From Eledone cirrhosa (lineage: Eukaryota): a stretch of DNA of 64,000 nucleotides. A program made the position numbers and the translations under genes. The first letter of the stretch is position 1. Every line of letters begins with the position of its first letter. Positions 61,770 to 64,000 of this stretch are shown here, piece by piece. The notes beneath the pieces are model-generated. The model saw only the letters and a list, made by a program, of their open reading frames with translations, did no database searches and had not been told where the DNA came from. The stretch is from NCBI GenBank assembly GCA_964016885.1, contig OZ024764.1:6696001-6760000 (forward strand). Direction: 5' to 3'.

Positions 61770-64000
61770 ACTTCAGTGCTTCAAAAGTGGCGCAGCGGTG
61801 ACCCTGGCTGTCTGGTAGCTATGGTAGCGGGACTCAATGTCCTGGCAGGTTTTACCATGCTACACAGGTATCATTCTATTGGTCCTAGAGATGATTCATC
61901 ATCTTCTAGAGTTCAAAAGCTAGCTAAACTGAAGAGGTACCAGCCTGCCCACCCAGCCAGTGGGATGGCGTCATCTTATGGCTAAAACAACACGAAGAAA
62001 AGGGCCTCAGAACCCTGTGCGTCATTCGGGCCACTCCACGACGGCGGAGTGCAACCCGAGCGACGAGAGGCTGCTAAGAATCACAGGTTCCCGAAGGCCG
62101 CTAAAGAACAGGTCTAACCTTGCCATATGCACCTACGACTGCAGGTCTTTGGCAGGGGGGGGGGGGGCAAGGACTGAATCACCTAATGGAGGAGAAGAAG
62201 AAGATCAGGTGGGACGTGTTAGGGCTGTGCGAGAGCCGCCGGAAGAAGGAGGCGAGTTCGCGATGGTAAGATGGATGCGCCGTGAGACTCGGGAAGGCAT
62301 AGGGTGCCAGATCGGTCGGAGGTGTAGGGTTCATCGTAAGCAAGGAATGGCTTCGAAGGTCGCTTCTTGCCAGTTCATATCGTCATGGATTGGTGTACTG
62401 AACGTGAACCTCTCAGAGAAGGCCACCCTCAAGATCGTCCAGACCTATGCTCCCACAAGTGCCAGCGACGATGATGAAGTGGAAGAATTCTATCGCCAGC
62501 TAGACAAAGTGCTAGCTGTGAAGTCCACATACACCGTCGAGATGGGAGACTTCAACGCAAAGGTCGGACAGGGACGGCTAGGGGAAGAGTATGTCGGAAG
62601 ATTCGGCCTAGGAGAGTGAAATGAGAGAGGAGAGCGTCTGGTCACCATGGCGGAGACGAGACGTCTCTACATCGGAAACAGCCTATTCAGGAAGAAGGAG
62701 GAGAAGAGATGGACCTGGGTATCGCCAAATTCTGAGCACCGAAACGAGATTGACTACATCTTGGTCAACAAGCAACGCATACTGCAGGACGTCTCCGTCA
62801 TAACGCCATTCAACAATGGCAGTGATCATCGTCTGGTGAGGGCGAAGGTCGTCATCGACCGGACGAGGGAGAAGAAGGCGCTGCATTTGGCGCCAAAGGG
62901 AGAACGCGCTCGTGTCTTCAACGAGGCGCAGCTGCAGGAAGCCATCATGCAGGAAAACTGGCGTCAAGGAGACGGCATAGACGCTGACTACGACTCACTG
63001 ATAAGGAAACTGAAGGAGGGCTTGAGGAAGGCTAAGGGTGTGTGCCCGGGGGAGCGGAAGGGAAGAGTCTCGGAGGAAACTATGAAGTTGCTTAAGAAGA
63101 GGAAGAATATGAAGAGGACACCTGAAGATCACCTCGAATATTCCCTTCTCAGCAGAGTGATACGACAACAACTGAAGAGAGACTTCGAGGCATACCGGAT
63201 GGAGAAGCTCCTGAAGGCCGCAGAGGAAAAGAAGAGCCTCAAGAGATGCGAGAGGGCAATGACAATATACAGATCGGAGGTGACGACCCTGAAGAACACA
63301 GCTGGAGTACCGGTCAGCGTCAAGAGTGAGGTGGAAAAAGTTTGCCAAGAATTCTACACCAAGCTCTTCAAGTCTGCCGGGAATGTGCAGCCATTGCCGT
63401 CACTCCAACAGGAAGAAAATGTGCCACCCATCCTTGTCAGTGAGGTCGAAAGAGCCGTCAGCTTGATGAAAAGCGGAAAGGCGCCAGGGAAAGACGGCAT
63501 AACATCGGAGATGTTGAAGTCAGGTGGCGAGCAGTTCTGGAAAATCCTCGCCGAGCGATTCACACACTATCTGGACGAGGGAAGAATACCCTCGCAGTGG
63601 AAAGAGTCAAATACCATCCTGCTATACAAGAAGGGCGATAGAGAAGATCTGAAGAACTACCGACCCATATGCCTGCTGTCTCACATGTACAAGCTGTTCG
63701 CGAAGATAATCCTGAACAGGTTATCACGTCATCTGGACGAACAGCAACCGAGAGAGCAAGCCGGCTTCCGGAAAAACTACAGCACGATGGATCACATATT
63801 TACTCTGACACAACTGCTTGAGCGAGCAAAGAGTACAAGATGCCTCTTTGCGATACGTCCGTAGACTATGAGAAGGCCTTCGACAGGGTCGAAATCAACG
63901 CAGTGCTGAACTCGCTGCAGAGGCAAGGAGTCGAGGCGCAATACGTTCAACTGCTCAGGGAGGCGAGTTCCAGATGCACCACCGACATAGCTCTGCTGTC
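61770..64000 (+). mobile_element. Disrupted near-full-length RTE LINE (5' region, APE, start of RT), runs off the window
   Basis: APE motifs QTYAPTS, MGDFNAKVG, NEIDYIL, GSDHRLV; RT motifs GKAPGKDGI, NYRPICLLS, QAGFR, then frameshift to DYEKAFDRV. Stop at 62617-62619; frameshift in the G-run at ~62155. Confidence 0.92.

Noticed and set aside
62018-62085. HDV-like ribozyme in the terminal RTE 5' region
   Set aside because: Nested hairpins are present, but no P1/P3/P1.1 assignment fits.

Overview
Repeat-dense, AT-rich animal genomic DNA. The SINE and RTE families and the (TA)n microsatellites look like those of octopus/cephalopod genomes; that assignment is my inference. No intact host protein-coding gene is supported, and almost all long ORFs are non-LTR retrotransposon fragments (RTE, L1/Tx1, HERO-type RLE, Penelope GIY-YIG). 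Layout: (1) 1-2028 is a 43-bp satellite with higher-order structure. (2) 2.3-5.7 kb holds an older degenerate repeat with RTE and HERO fragments. (3) 6.4-8.1 kb is a single-copy module: a structured, tRNA-like Pol III-type RNA gene candidate (6491-6652), octamer repeats, and a tandem array of B-boxes with TTCNNNGAA (STAT-type) sites. This is the best candidate for an undescribed system here. (4) ~8.1-57.2 kb is a nested tandem segmental duplication (~19.7-20 kb super-period) of modules: HERO 3' end, SINEs, a 52-bp double-hairpin VNTR (5/20/6/27/6 units), an RTE with or without a Tx1 insert, a twin-primed RTE fragment and a non-autonomous Helitron. (5) 57.4-64 kb holds a Penelope-like 3' fragment with a hammerhead ribozyme and inverted repeat, SINEs and a disrupted RTE running off the window. 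Coordinates were read by eye and may be a few bases off.
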